Assembly: GCF_963921235.1 (NCBI RefSeq)
Contig: NC_086114.1
Coordinates: 1,860,001 to 1,924,000 of the forward strand
DNA length: 64,000 nt
DNA from: Mobula hypostoma
Lineage: Eukaryota
Reading direction: 5' to 3'
Position 1 is the stretch's first letter. Each line of letters starts with the position of its first letter. This document shows positions 1 to 12,620 of the stretch, piece by piece. Under the pieces are notes generated by a model. The model was not told the DNA's origin. It searched no databases and was given only the letters and a program-made list of their open reading frames with translations. Position numbers and translations under genes: made by a program.

Positions 1-122
1 TTACTTATATGTATTATTGATGTGTGTAATTCAACATTATTATCTCATTACACAATGAATATGATCATCTCAGTTCAAGGTGATGTGGATCTGCGGGAAA
101 AACGGGGTGCGTTTATTCAACA

Positions 123-370
123 ACACACATCAAAGTTGCTGGTGAACGCAGCAGGCCAGGCAGCATCTATAGGAAGAGGTACAGTCGACGTCTCAGGCCG
201 AGACCCTTCGTCAGGACTAACTGAAAGAAGAGATAGTAAGAGATTTGAAAGGTCTCGGCCTGAAACGTCGACTGCACCTCTTCCTAGAGATGCTGCCTGG
301 CCTGCTGCGTTCACCAGCAACTTTGATGTGTGTTGCTTGAATTTCCAGCATCTGCAGAATTCCTGTTGTT
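123..370. mobile_element. Short Penelope-like (PLE) 3'-tail insertion in foldback arrangement (antisense arm + sense arm) with 15-bp TSD
   Basis: About 123-207 is the reverse complement of about 250-335. The sequence matches the 3' tail of the GIY-YIG element at 26160-26305. Direct repeat TGCGTTTATTCAACA at 108-122 and 371-385. Confidence 0.85.
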
Positions 371-855
371 TGCGTTTATTCAACAGTTTGCCTCTCGACT
401 CCAATATCGAGTTTATTTCTGCCCTCAGCGCGGTCCCAAGGGCCAATCCCACCCTCCAACACTGGCTCCCTGCCTCAGCGTCCCTCTCCCCACTGATCCC
501 CGGACCCGGACCCGGACCCGGACCCAGCCCCAGCCCCAGCCCATCAGCCACCCAGCTGCCAGGCCCCATCGTGGGCTGTGCCCAACCATTCAAACCCCGG
601 CCCCGGCGTACGCTCGGTACCCAACAGCCCGGCTTGCGGCTGCACGCCATCCGTGGCCGGACAGGGGAGACAGGTTTCAGGGCATCAGTGATGTGCACCG
701 CATCACCCGGACCCTTTACCCCCGGGCGCCCACACTCCCGAGGCGGCATCGGATTCAAGTGGGCGCCACCACCCCGGACGGGGCCTTCCTCCACCTGCCG
801 TCCCGCCCCTCATTCCATTTACCGGGCGCTGGCGGAAGGCTCGGATCCTTCTCAC

Positions 856-1000
856 CGCTACTCCTCTCCCGCCCGCTAACGCCCTCTTCCCGTCGAGGCC
901 AAAACAAAGCGTGCGCCGCCCTGCAGCGGCTCCGGGAGACCCGCGACGCCGTCACTCGGTTCCGCCTCTCCCTCTCAAACAAAGGGACGGGGCGCAGTAA
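856..1000 (-). other. Candidate non-coding first exon of a divergent gene (tubgcp2 expected from synteny); 5' end approximate
   Basis: Minus-strand donor CG|GTGAG (GT at 855-854) inside the CpG island. TUBGCP2 is head-to-head with ZNF511 in mammals. No tubgcp2 coding sequence is visible in this window. Confidence 0.3.
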
Positions 1001-1168
1001 CACGGCAGGCGCTAGGACCGCGGCGGCGACAGCACGAACGACAGGGGAATCGTCCGCACGTGTGCCAATGGCGCCTGCCGATTGGTCGGCCGGCTAGGGG
1101 TTTCCTGAGCGTGCGCCCTACCTGCCCGCCGATTGGTTAGTGGCCGTCTGTTGGGCGGCTGGCTGTGG

Positions 1169-1252
1169 ATGTTGAGTGTGGGTGATGGCGGTTCTCCGTT
1201 TTCCTTTGCCTCCGGCACCGTCTTCCTGCCCCGCGATGACCAGTTTTTCGAG
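1169..1252 (+). CDS. znf511: Zinc finger protein 511, exon 1 (MLSVGDGGSPFSFASGTVFLPRDDQFFE)
   Basis: ATG at 1169. PF.F....F.PR..QFFE resembles the ZNF511 N-terminus. Donor GAG|GTGGGT, phase 0. Confidence 0.85.
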
Positions 1253-1489
1253 GTGGGTCTTCTCTGCTCTGGCCCAAAGAGCTTGGTGTACAACCCTGGG
1301 CTGGCTGCTGGCGGACAGGCATCACCCGATCAAGGCCTGGGGTCTGCGCGGGGAGACAGGTGGAGAAGGAGAGAGGTAGGGAGGGAGGAGACAGGTGAAG
1401 AGAGGGGGAGATAGTTGGAGGGAGGGAGGGAGGGGGAAGAAGGAGAGACGGAGGGTGAAGGACAGGACAGGGGAAGGAGAGAATGTCTG

Positions 1490-2125
1490 AGTGAATGGAG
1501 CTGCAGTTCATTGACATAACCACGAATAAGGCAAAGAAAAAAAACCCACGGAAAACTGATGTAACGGCATCGCAGGTAGAAACTGCACAGAAAACATAAA
1601 TAATACAGAAATAGTACCAGTGGGGTAGAGAATGATGGTGCGAAACTAAGCATTATACCGCTGAAGAAAGCATAAACAGATGAGCCCATCTTGGTGCAAG
1701 AGGTGTTGCGCAGTGCCTTTGCTGAGGTAGGTTGTGTAGATGAGTTCAAAAACCTGATGGACGTAGGAAGGTAGCTGCTCGTGAACCTGGTGGTGTTGGA
1801 CAAAAGCTCACGAAGAGATGAGGACAGATGAGATGGTGAATGTGAGTACTGAAGTCTGAAGGCATGCACTCAGTGATTCAGGAACAGCTTCTTCCCCTCT
1901 GCCATCCGATTCCTAAATGGACTTTGAACCCATCAACACTACCTCACTTTTTTAATATATATTATTTCTGTTTTTGCACAATTAAAAATCTATTCGCTAG
2001 ACATATACTGTAATGGATTTACTTAATTATTTTCTTTTTTTTTCTGTATTATTTATTGCATTGAACTGCTGTTGCTAAGTTAACAAATTTCACAACACAT
2101 GCCATTGATAATAAATCTGATTCTG
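1490..2125. mobile_element. Two Rex1/Babar-like LINE 3' tails in opposite orientation (approximate bounds)
   Basis: RFxNSFFPxAIR-type RT tail followed by an AT-rich 3'UTR ending AATAAATCTGATTCTGA on +; a similar tail on -. Confidence 0.55.
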
Positions 2126-3099
2126 ACCATTAGAAGAACATAGACTAATAAATCATAGGAATAGGCTCTTTGACCCTTGATGTTGTGCTGAATTAATTAA
2201 GTTAATGACTGCTAATTAAATTACACCCTTCTACCTGTATGGTTTCTATATACCTCCACCCTCTTCTATACTTGCATGCAAGAGTAAGAGTTTTAAATGG
2301 CTGTGTTGTATAGTCTCCATCACCCTTGATGGTGCATTCCAGGTAACCACCACTGGGTTGTAAGGTCAGTTCTAATGTCTAATAGGTTATTGATATTTTG
2401 ATTTTCAGACCAATTAACATCAGAAATAACTGAAATTTTAAATTATCTTTTAGCAAAAGGTGGACAATAAATATCAATATTACCTGCAGCATCCAAGTCA
2501 AGGATTCTGAAAGGGTTATTGACTTGAAACGTTGACTGTTTTCTCTTGCTACAGATACGCTTGACTAGCTGAGCTCTTCCTACTTTTCATATCTCCTGGA
2601 TAGTTCACTGTGGATACAAGTTTAGAGGAGCAGAGTCCAAATGCAGGCAGATGGGGCTGGCTCAGTTAGGTAACTGGGTTGGCAAAGACAGGTTGGGCCG
2701 AAGGGCCTGTTTCTGAGCTGTATGGCTCTGCCTCTAAAGACAATTAGATAAATGTTGTGACATTGAGAAACACTATCAGCAGACAGGCCTGCTGGCAGCC
2801 AGTTTATGAGAGTCTTATTGGAAACACTTCAGTAAAGCAATCCGTTTTGATGGAGACTGCAGATGCATCAAACACGATGTATCCTAGTCTTATGATAAAG
2901 TAGACAGTTTTGTTCTCTAATAGCTTCTTGAGCCCAGTATTGACTTGTTATTTACAATTACTGGCAATATAGACAACTCTGGCCATTGGACACTGTCTCA
3001 TCAATGAAAGATAAAGTTTTTTGGGGAACCAATCGAATTGATTTTTTTTAAATGTGCAATTGGCAAACCAAAGTTTCCTGTTTTCTTATTTTGCTTTAG

Positions 3100-3170
3100 G
3101 ATGGTGATATTCACCGACATTTGTATCTGCAAGATGCCACATCGAGTGTGGGAGAAATGGAAAGACCCAA
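3100..3170 (+). CDS. znf511: ZNF511 exon 2 (DGDIHRHLYLQDATSSVGEMERP)
   Basis: Polypyrimidine tract plus TTTAG acceptor. DGDxxRHLYLQD motif of ZNF511. Donor AA|GTGAG, phase 2. Confidence 0.92.
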
Positions 3171-3267
3171 GTGAGAATGAAAGCTTTTTCTATACTGGAT
3201 GAAAAGTGTTTGAAATTTCCCTCTCTTAATATTTCCCAAAACACTGACTTGTGTTTGTTCAATTTAG

Positions 3268-3469
3268 GGTCTCTGAATTTTGCTGCCACATAACAGGGTG
3301 TAGTCAACTGTTTGATACTCTGGAAAGCTATGAACACCATTATGACACCCTGCACCGCAATGTCTGCAGCTCCTGCAAACGCTCTTTCCCATCCAGCCAC
3401 CTGCTTGATGTTCATATCTTGGAGTGGCATGATTCACTCTTCCAAATTTTAGCAACAAAACACAACATG
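3268..3469 (+). CDS. znf511: ZNF511 exon 3, two C2H2 fingers (FCCHITGCSQLFDTLESYEHHY...CSSCKRSFPSSHLLDVHILEWHDSLFQIL)
   Basis: TTTAG acceptor and ATG|GTAAGT donor. HILEWHDSLFQIL is characteristic of ZNF511. Confidence 0.95.
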
Positions 3470-4415
3470 GTAAGTTGGGGTGGGGTGTGCAAGCGGCGAG
3501 TTGGGTTTGGGTATGTGAGTGGCTCTGTTACTGTACTCACATCCTGGGGTATGTGTTCAAATCTCACCGTAACAACTAGGCAATTTAAGTTCAAGTAATT
3601 AATGAATCAGAAATGAAAGAAGCTGGTCCCTTTAGGGGTGCCCCAAAGTCACTGGATTGCCATCAGAAACCCATCTTCGTCATCATTATCCTTTAGCTGA
3701 AGGACATATGCCAAGCTTGTCTGCTCTGATCTTTATAACATCAAAAGATGTAGTAGCAGAATCGGGCCACTCAGCCCATCGAGTCTGCTCCACCATTCCA
3801 TCATGGCTAATTAACTATCCTTCCCAATGCCATTCTCTTGCCTTATCTCTGTAACAATTGATGCCCTGACTAAACAGAAACTATCTACCTCCATTTTAAA
3901 TATATCCAATGACTTGGCCTTCACAGTCATCTATGGCAATGAATTCCACAGATTCACCACCCTCTGGCTGAGGAAATTCCTCCTCATCTCTGCTCTAAAT
4001 CCCCCCCATGACTATCATAACATTGCCCTTATTACAAGTCGTTTCTATTTCCCATTGAAATTTATATCTCGTATCTTGGCCACTGTTTTAAGGCTGTATA
4101 TAAATTCCATTGGATCTTTTTATCCTTGCCTTCAGATGCCCCTGCCCCTACTGTAATCGAGTTTTACCTCATATTTGGGGAGTTGTAGATAGACAATAAA
4201 TGTCAGCAATGGCTCCATCCACTGAACAAATGTATTAGAGACAGTGCCTGTGAAGTTCCTTAGTTTCTCTCTGCTTATGATGGATTGGTGTATGTTTGTG
4301 TGATTTGGGGAAGATTGCTAGCTCATTTCCATGCAGCCCTGACACCATACAACGATTTGGAGTAAATTAAGGCAAATGTGTGTTCTAAATCATGCTCTAA
4401 ATGTGTTATAACCTA

Positions 4416-6460
4416 GATGGTGTCACGTTCAGATGCAGCAACCACTGTCTCCAGGTGGTGGAATAGTTTGTCCATGTCCTGTACATCTTTGTTATGATCG
4501 GAAAAAGCTGCTGCCTATTAAATATACTGTGCATAGCAGTTCCACCTCGCTAATGAACTGTTGGACTGCAGAGGAGCTTCGCTGCTTGGGCTTACTGTGC
4601 ATGCTACGGATCTCTGAGCGATGCCGTAGGAAGAGGTATGCAAGGAAACAGAAAAGGGGGAAATGCACTGGAATCTAGGAATGACTTGGTTCAAAGTCCT
4701 TCAGGCCAGCTCTCGCCTTGTTCTTACTGGCAAACATGCGTTCACTTGAAAATAAACTGGACTGCCTGCACCTGAGACTGAACCAGCGAAGGAAAAACAT
4801 CTGCACACTCATTCTCACAGGCAGCCATACAGCTGGCGGGTGTCAGCGTGTTTCAGGCTGGCAGGAATCCAGCGATCTCGGGCAAGACCTGCGGCGGTGG
4901 TACCTAGTTACATTAATGAGAACTGGTGTATACATACTTTAGCAGTGACATCCCACTGTTCACCAATGATTGAGTTCGTTTTTGTGAAATGCAGACCATC
5001 TATACCAACAGAGTTCATTACAGTTGTATTGGTAGCTGTATATGTCGCCCCTCACTGCTAATGCCAATGAGGCACTGTGTGCGCTCTACAGCTAGCAGAG
5101 GTGAAAATACACCAGATCTGGTTTATACTAACACACCAGTGCACATCATGCATTCCCTTGACCCACACTGGATTCTTGGATCACTTATCTGTAATGTTAA
5201 TTCCAGCATACAAACCACTGATCGAATAGGGGAAACCAGTTCTAAAAGTTGTGAAAACCTGGGCTGAAGGTACAATCTCTGCACTGCAGGGCTGGTTTGA
5301 TAACACAAAATGGAGAACGTTCAGGGAGGCTGCTGCATGAGGAGTATGTGATTGTGTGACCAGCTACGTAGAGAAATGTACTGAAGATGTTACAGACATG
5401 AAACACATTCGGGTGAGGGCAAATCAGTAGCCTAGGCTTACCACTGTGACATATTCAACATCTTTCTGGACAGTTCATTGTCACCTCGGTTTCCAAGGTG
5501 GCACCTATCACTGGCACTCCCCAAAGCTGTGTGCTCAGCCCGCTGCTGTTCACACTGCTGATGTATGACTGTGTTGCAGGATTCAGCTCAAACTGTGTCA
5601 CCGAGTTTGTGGATGACACAGTAGTAGTTGGCCTCGTCAAGAAGATGACGAGACAGACTATAGAGAGGAAGTGGAGTTGGTGGATTGGTGCGAGCAACCC
5701 AAGTCTGAACATGGAAAAGGCCAAGGAAATCATTAATGACTTCAGGAAGGTGCAGATGAACTATTCCCCTCTGCGAATACATGGCTCCTCCATAGATAGA
5801 ATTTAGTGCACTAAGTTCCTGGCAGTTCACATCATAGATGACCTCACCTGGTCCCTTAATATCACCTCCCTGAACAAGAAGGCACACCTGTGCCTCCATT
5901 TCCCAAGATGATTAAGGCAGGCAAGGCTCCCACCCCTACATCTTAACTATGTTTTACAGGAGCACCATTGAGAGCATCCTGACAATCTGCACCTCCATCT
6001 GGTATGGGAGCAGCCGAGCATCAGACCTGAAGTCCCTACAACGGACTGTGAGAACCCCTGAGAGGATCATAGGGGTCTCCTTGCCATCCATTGGGAATGT
6101 TTATCAGGAGCACTGTGTACACAGGGCCCTCGGTATTATTAAGGATTACTCCCATCTATCCAGCATCCTCTGTGACTTTCTACCATCAGGCAGTAGACTC
6201 CGATACATAATAAGAACGGTCAGGATGGGAAACAGTTTCTTCCCCCAGGCCATTAGGCTTCTGAACGCCCTGCTGCATTGTATTTGAAGTTAATCTTTTC
6301 TGTATCTTGCAATATTTAATATTAATGCTCTTTAGTTTGTTATTTATGTGTGATTTGTATATAGATTTTACCCTTGCCGTCATTAGTTATCGTGTGTTAT
6401 GTATACTGTTGTGCATTACACTGGTTCGGAGCAGCGTCTGGTTTCTGTATACATTATATG
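4416..6460 (+). mobile_element. Degraded Rex1/Babar-like non-LTR retrotransposon (APE endonuclease and RT remnants)
   Basis: Fragments LLANMRSLENKLD, YINENWC, GTPQSCVLSPLLFTL...FVDDT, FYRSTIESIL...NSFFPQAIRLLN; many stops and frameshifts. Confidence 0.8.
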
Positions 6461-6519
6461 GTTAGGTACAGTGGTAGAAAGTTTGTGAACCCTTTAGAAT
6501 TTTCTCTATTTCTGCATGA

Positions 6520-7590
6520 CTGACAGGCCTCTGTTGGTCAGAGTTGACCGTGGATGTTGCATCCTAGCTGTCTAAGTACACAAGCCTGGGCAGTACAAAT
6601 TTGAGGAAGGACATTCTAGCTATTGGGGGAGTGCAGCGCAGATTCACGAGGTTAATTCCAGGGATGGTACGACTGTCATATGTTGAAAGATTGGAGCGAC
6701 TGGCGTTGTATACACTGGAATTTAGAAGGATGAGAGGGGATCTGATTGAAACATATAAGATTATTAAGGGATTGGACACGCTAGAGGCAGGAAACATGTT
6801 CCCAATGTTGGGGGAGTCCAGAAAGAGAGGTCACAGTTTAAGAATAAGGGGTAGACAATTTAGAACGGAGTTGAGGAAAAACTTTTTCACACACAGTTTT
6901 GGTTCTGTGGAATGCTGTGCCTCAGAAGGTAGTGGAGGCCAATGCTCTGGATTCTTTCAAGAAAGAGTTAGATAGAGCTCTTAAAGATAGCGGAGTGAAG
7001 GGATATGGGGAGAAGGCAGGAAAAGGGTACTGATTGTGGATGATCAGCCATGATCACAGTGAATGGTGGTGCTGGCTCGAAGGGCCGAATGGCCATTCTG
7101 CATCTATTGTCTATTGTCTATAATATGGAGAGTGAGCTGTTGCTCATATAGTAAGCTACCCTCTCCATGCATCTGATGAACCCAAAGGGACGGCAGAGAC
7201 CAATACAGTTTGGTGCCAATCAGCATTGAACTCAATGTAGGACTACCTTAGGGACTCCAGCGCCAACTTCTTCCCTCTGATTTTACTTCCGAAGCCTTCC
7301 CCAAGACTGAGTTTAGCCGTCAGAGTTTTACTTCTAGATGAGCTGCCAGCCGCAGCTGATGAGCCCTATCTGCCGGAAGCAACTGGATTTAAGGCACCAG
7401 TAACCTGCCTTTGTCCCGTCTCCTGTCAGTAGAAACAGTTCGGCTGGGCTTAGTACCCAAGCCACACATGAAGATCAGGAGCTGGACTTGGTTGTCAGAG
7501 GCTATTTGAGGCATGTCATTGGGAGCATTAATAAGTAGTGGGATCTTGTCCCCATTACCACCCCCCAGCTATAAAAACCTTGGGAAACCA
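6520..7590. mobile_element. Insertion splitting the left Tc1 TIR: probable RTE-type fragment, itself interrupted by a CR1 3' end (about 6598-7120, +)
   Basis: CR1 C-terminus VQRRFTRLIPGM...RGDLIETYKI...RGHSLRI...RKNFFT with (CTATTGT)n tail. The family of the flanking sequence is a tentative call. Confidence 0.65.
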
Positions 7591-8796
7591 TAGATATGAC
7601 TCAAATGTGATCAGATTTTCACGTAAGTATTCATACTAGATAAAGAGAACCTAATTAAACAGATTACACAAAAAAAGACTTTTCATTTATTTATTGAGAA
7701 AAATGATCCAATATTACATGAATTTGTTGGGAAAAGTATGTGAACCTTTGCTTTCAGTAACTGGTGTGACCTTGTAGATTAATAACTTCATTTAAACATT
7801 TCTGCTAATCGTTGATCAGTTCTGCTCATCAACTTGGAGGAACTTTAGGCCGTTCCTCCTTACTAAACTGCTTCATCTCTGATGTTTGCGGGCTTCCTTG
7901 CATGAACTGCTTTCTTCAGTTCCTTCCACAGCATTTCTGTGGGATTAAGGTCAGGACCTGGACTCAGCCCTTACAAAGTGTAAAATTTCTTCTGCTTTAA
8001 CCGTTTTTTTGGTGTACTGACTTGTGTGTTCAGGGGCATTGTTTTGCTGCATGACCCACTTTCTCATGAGCATCAGTTCACAGACGGATGCCCTGACATT
8101 TTCCTGTAGAATTTGCTGGTACAATTCAGAATTTATAGTTCCATCAATAATGGCAAGCCGTCCTGGTCCTGAGGCAGCAAAACAGGCCTAAGGCATGACA
8201 CTGCCACCCCCATGTTTCACAGATGGGATGAGATTCAGTGTTTGCTTTTCACCAAACAATGCTTCTCGTTTAAGCCAAAAAGTTTGATTTTTGGACTCGT
8301 CTGTCCACAGAATATTCTTCCAATAGTCTTCTGGCTTATCCACGTGGTCTTTAGCAAACGGGCCGCAGTGTTCTTCTTGGAGACTAGTGGCTTTCTGCTT
8401 GCAGTCCTGCCATACATACCTTGTTATAGACTCATGAACATTGGTGTTAGCCAATACAAGAGAGGCCTGTAGCTCCTTAAATGTTAGGTGTTCTTTATAA
8501 CCTCCTGGAGTGATTTTTGTTGGTCGACCGCTCATGGGGAGAGTAACATTCCTGTTGAATTTCCTTCATCTGTACACCATCTGCCTGACTGTAGATTGGT
8601 GGAGCCCAAACTCTTCCGAAATGGTTTTCTATCCTTTTATCAAGGCATGACACACTTCCAAAAACCTGTATGGTGAAGGTCAGACTTTGATAGTGAATAC
8701 CCAGGTTTATGTTCTTTAAATAGGGCAGGGCCTCCCACACTCACACCTGATTGTCATCCCATTGATTGAAATGCCTGACTCTAATTTTCCCTTTAA

Positions 8797-8986
8797 ATCA
8801 CCCCCATCATTGCAAAGTGCTTTGAGAGACTGGTTCTATCGTATCTGAAATCCTGTCTGCCCACTACCCTGGACCCCCATCAATTTGCCTATCGCACCAA
8901 CAGGTCTACAGAGGACGCCATCTCCACGGCACTTCACTCTGCCCTGACCCACCTGGACAGCCCCAACTCTTATGTCAGAATGCTTG

Positions 8987-9017
<31 letters not shown>

Positions 9018-10940
9018 TTTAAATATTTTTTTATTAATTTTCCAAAATTATAAACAGGATAACAATATTGATACAGAGAGATTGGAATTAGCTTATTGTT
9101 GATAAACATGTACATAAAAGACTTCAAATAATACAGGTGTAATAGACTTCCAAACTCTTAATATAGTTAATTATAAAGAAAAAAGAAATAAAAAGAAAAA
9201 ACTAATGCAAAGAAAACCCCTCCAAAAAAACAAAAAAATAAAACTAAATACTAAACCCAAAAAGAAAGCAAATGGAACAAAACAAAGCTGGATCAATATC
9301 TTAAATCGAATACATTCAATAATGTCGTCAACTCCCCTCCTCTATTCATATATTTTAAGTTAATAAGAAGGTTTCGGAAAAGGTCAAGTTACAACATATG
9401 AAAATGTTAAATAAATGGCTTCCAAGTCTCTTCAAATTTAACCGAAAGAACAAAAATTTCACTTCTAATTTTTTCTAAATTTAAACATGATATAGTTCGG
9501 GAAAACCATTGAAATGTGGTAGGAGGATTGGTCTCCTTCCAATTCAATAAAATGGATCTTGTGGCCATTAAAGTGACAAATGTGATCATCCAACAGGCTG
9601 ACGAGGATAAAGATCTATGTTCCGTCATTGGCAAACCAAAAATTGCCGTAATAGGATGGGGTTGTAAGTCAAAACGCAAAACTGTTGAAATAATATCCAA
9701 AATATCTTTACAGAATTTTTCCAAGAGAGGGCAGGACCAGAACATATGAGTCAAGGAAGCCACCTCAGAGTGATATCTGTCACAAATAGGGTGGTCAGAA
9801 TGCTGTTCATTGACTTTAGTTCGGCATTCAATTTTGTGATCCCCTCCAAGCTGATCGCCATACTTCGCCAGCTTGGTACCAGCTCATCCCTCTGCAATTG
9901 GACCTTGGACTTTCTGACTAACAGACCCTAATCTGTTAAGTCAGACAACCTCTCCTCCTCCATTCTCACCCTGAATACCGGCGTGCCACAAGGCTGTGTG
10001 CTGAGCCCTCTTCTGTACTCCCTTTTTCACCTATGACTGCATTCCTGTACATGATTCTAACTCCATAATCAAGTTCACAGATGACACCATGGTGGTTGGC
10101 CTGATCAGAGGGGATGATGAGACGGCTTACAGGGACGAGGTCCAGCACCTGGCTACATGGTGTGCCGATAGCAACCTGGCCCTTAACACCCAGAAGACCA
10201 AGGAAATTATTGTAGACTTCAGGCATGCTAGAACCCACACTCATCCCCATCTACATCAATGGAGCTGTAATGGAGTGTGTATCAAGCTTCAAATTCCTTG
10301 GTGTCCACATTTCCGAGGATCTCACCTGGTCTCTGAGCTCCTCCATCCTGATCAGAAAGGCGCAACAGCGCCTTTATTTCCTGCAGAGCATCAAGAAAGC
10401 TCACTTCTGTCCCAGAATACTGATGGACTTTTACCGCTGTACCATTGAGAGCATACTCACCAACTGCGTATCAGTGTGGTATAGCAATTGTCCCGTATCG
10501 GACTGCAAAGCACTGCAGGTGGTGAAAACTGCCCAGTGGATTATCGGCACCTAATTGCCCACCATTGAGAACATCTACCATAAACGCTGCCTGGGCAGGG
10601 CAAAAAGCATTATCAAGGATGCATCTCACCCTAACCATGGACTTTTTACTCTCCTCCCATCCGGTAGGCGCTACAGGAGCCTCCGCTCCTGCACCAACAG
10701 GCTCAGGAAGAGCTTCTTCCCTGAGGTTGTGACCCTGCTGAATCTCACATCACAGCGCTAAGCAGTATTGAATCTATATTGTACTGTCTCAGTACTTTTA
10801 TATTTGTGTGCTGTAGCACTTACTTTTTATTCGCAGTTATTTTGTAAATAATACTATTCTTTTGCACTTCTGGTCAGATGCTAATTGCATTTCATTGGCT
10901 TTGTATCTATACTCGGCACAATGAACACGTTGAATCTAAT
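8797..10940 (+). mobile_element. Rex1/Babar-like LINE RT fragment inside the Tc1 element
   Basis: KCFERLV...LDPHQFAYR...VRMLFIDFSSAFN...GVPQGCVLSP...FTDDT...KAQQRLYFL...SFFPEVV. Confidence 0.85.
8985..9793 (-). mobile_element. L1/Tx1-type 3' fragment with (GAAA)n/poly-A tail and 11-bp TSD
   Basis: HMFWSCP...ILLNWK...LEKIR...WKPFI, an L1-clade ORF2 C-terminus. TSD GTCAGAATGCT at 8974-8984 and 9794-9804. Confidence 0.8.
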
Positions 10941-11304
10941 GTAAATGAGTTGATAACCCTAGAAATTCGCATACTTTTTCTAACAAATACATGTAATAAC
11001 GGATCATTTTTGTCAATAAACAAGTATAATGTTTGGTGTTTATTTTATTAGGTTCTCTCTATCTTGTTTTAGGACTTGCGTGAAGACGCTATTTAGGTCA
11101 TTTATGCAGGAATAGAGAAAATTCTAAAGGGTTCACAAACTTTCTAGCACCACTTTGTTATATCCATGATTTGGCAGCGGGTGGGAACCAGAGTGAAGGT
11201 AATCTGGTTAGGATGGATGGTAAAAAAGCGAAGGTAGTGTGCGGTTAGACTGTCAGGAAGGGCAGGCAGATGATAGGACAAAATTGCAGCCAACAGGGTG
11301 AGTA

Positions 11305-11749
11305 CAGGTGTGCGCCACTTAACATTCATTCGGACAACGTCTGATCACATATATGTCTATAGTCCCGATCGGAGAACGTGACATAGCGGAAGTAACCAAT
11401 CTCATGTATCGCGAGTCTCTTGAGTGTAGTAGCGTTATCTCTCTGTTTAATTTTCTTTCGAAAATATTGCCGTAAAGTGCATCATGGGTTCCAAATGCAG
11501 GTTATTGGACCTGAAACTCTTCCAGTGGAACACTGAGGAAGTTGAGTACAGTGGTGTGGATGATCCTGATCATCTTTGATAAATTGTGTGTGATATAGGT
11601 TAAGAAAGTGTGTACATAAAAGTTTAAGAAGTGAAAAAAATACAGGTACACTACAGTACTCTGTATCGGTTTGCTAAGTACATAATTTGGTGTTAGCATA
11701 ACGTCCGATTTCACAGAACGTATGGTGGACATTAAGCGACGCATACCTG
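11305..11749. mobile_element. Tigger/pogo-like MITE with TA TSD, inserted in a CR1 fragment
   Basis: TA-CAGGTGTGCGCCACTTAA ... TTAAGCGACGCATACCTG-TA. Removing it restores the host GGGTGAG-TA-TCAGTGC. Confidence 0.75.
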
Positions 11750-11751
11750 TA

Positions 11752-12620
11752 TCAGTGCATTAGGTATGCAGGATCAGAAGGGGTAGCAGATTCAGTAGTC
11801 AAAGTGTTGTATCGCAATCACGGAGTATAAGAAATAAGGTGGATGATCTTATTGCACCATTACAGATTGTCAGGTATGATGTTGGAACGGCTAAGGAGGG
11901 ATTGTATTGGAGGGATACGAAGGTAGGCAGAGGGGGTGACATAGCTTTGCTGGTAAATAGTGGCATCAAATCAGTAGAAAAATGTGACATAGGATTGGAA
12001 GATATTGAATCCTTGTAGGTTGAGTTAAGAAACTAAAGGTAAAAGGGGCCTGATGGCAGTTATACAGGCCTCTCAACAGTAGCTGGAATGTGGACCACAG
12101 ATTACAACAGGAAATAGAAAAGGCGTATCAATTACGCAATGTTATGATAGTCATGGGAGATTTTAACATGCACATTGATTGGGAGAAAAGTCGGATTGGT
12201 AATGGATCTCAAGAATGAGTTTATTGAACGCCCAAGACAGCTTTTTAGAGCAGTTTGTTGTTGAGCCTATTAGGTGATCAGCTAAACTGGATGTGTTACA
12301 TAATAAACTGGAGATGATTAAGGAGCTTAAGATAAAAGAACCCTTAGGAGACAGTGATCACAATATGATTGTGTTCAACTTGAAATTTGACAGGGAGAAA
12401 GTAAAGTCTGACATAGCAGTATTTCAGTGGAGTGAAAGAAATTACAGTGGTATGAGAGAGGAGTTGGCCAAAGTAAATTGGAAGGAGCTGCTGGCAAGGA
12501 TGACAGCAGAGCAGCAATGGTGTGAGTTTCTGGAAAGAATGAAGAAGGTGCGGGATAGATGTATTTCAAAAATGAAGAAATGATCAAATGGCAAAATAGT
12601 ACAGCTGTGGCTAACAAGTG
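11752..12620 (+). mobile_element. CR1 LINE endonuclease region remnant
   Basis: MGDFN and EPLGDSDHNMI motifs; YSGMREELAKVNW. Confidence 0.75.

Larger units (their letters stand above)
400..1350. promoter_or_regulatory. CpG island / probable bidirectional promoter with three CCAAT boxes and an E-box
   Basis: Very GC- and CpG-rich. CACGTG 1057-1062, CCAAT 1065-1069, ATTGG 1081-1085 and 1132-1136, all just upstream of the znf511 ATG (1169). Confidence 0.75.
6469..11155 (-). mobile_element. Tc1/mariner DNA transposon (long TIRs, dead transposase) hosting nested insertions
   Basis: TA-CAGTGG...AAAGTTTGTGAACCCTTTAGAATTTTCTCTATTTCTGCAT at the left end and its reverse complement at 11103-11155. Transposase remnants WTDESK and PSVKHGGGSVM on - at about 8190-8540. 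Confidence 0.85.

Noticed and set aside
22-879. 285-aa ORF and overlapping 225/255-aa ORFs
   Set aside because: They run through the PLE mini-palindrome and the GC-rich CpG island with (CCCGGA)n/(CCCCAG)n repeats. No recognisable domain; stop-poor by composition.
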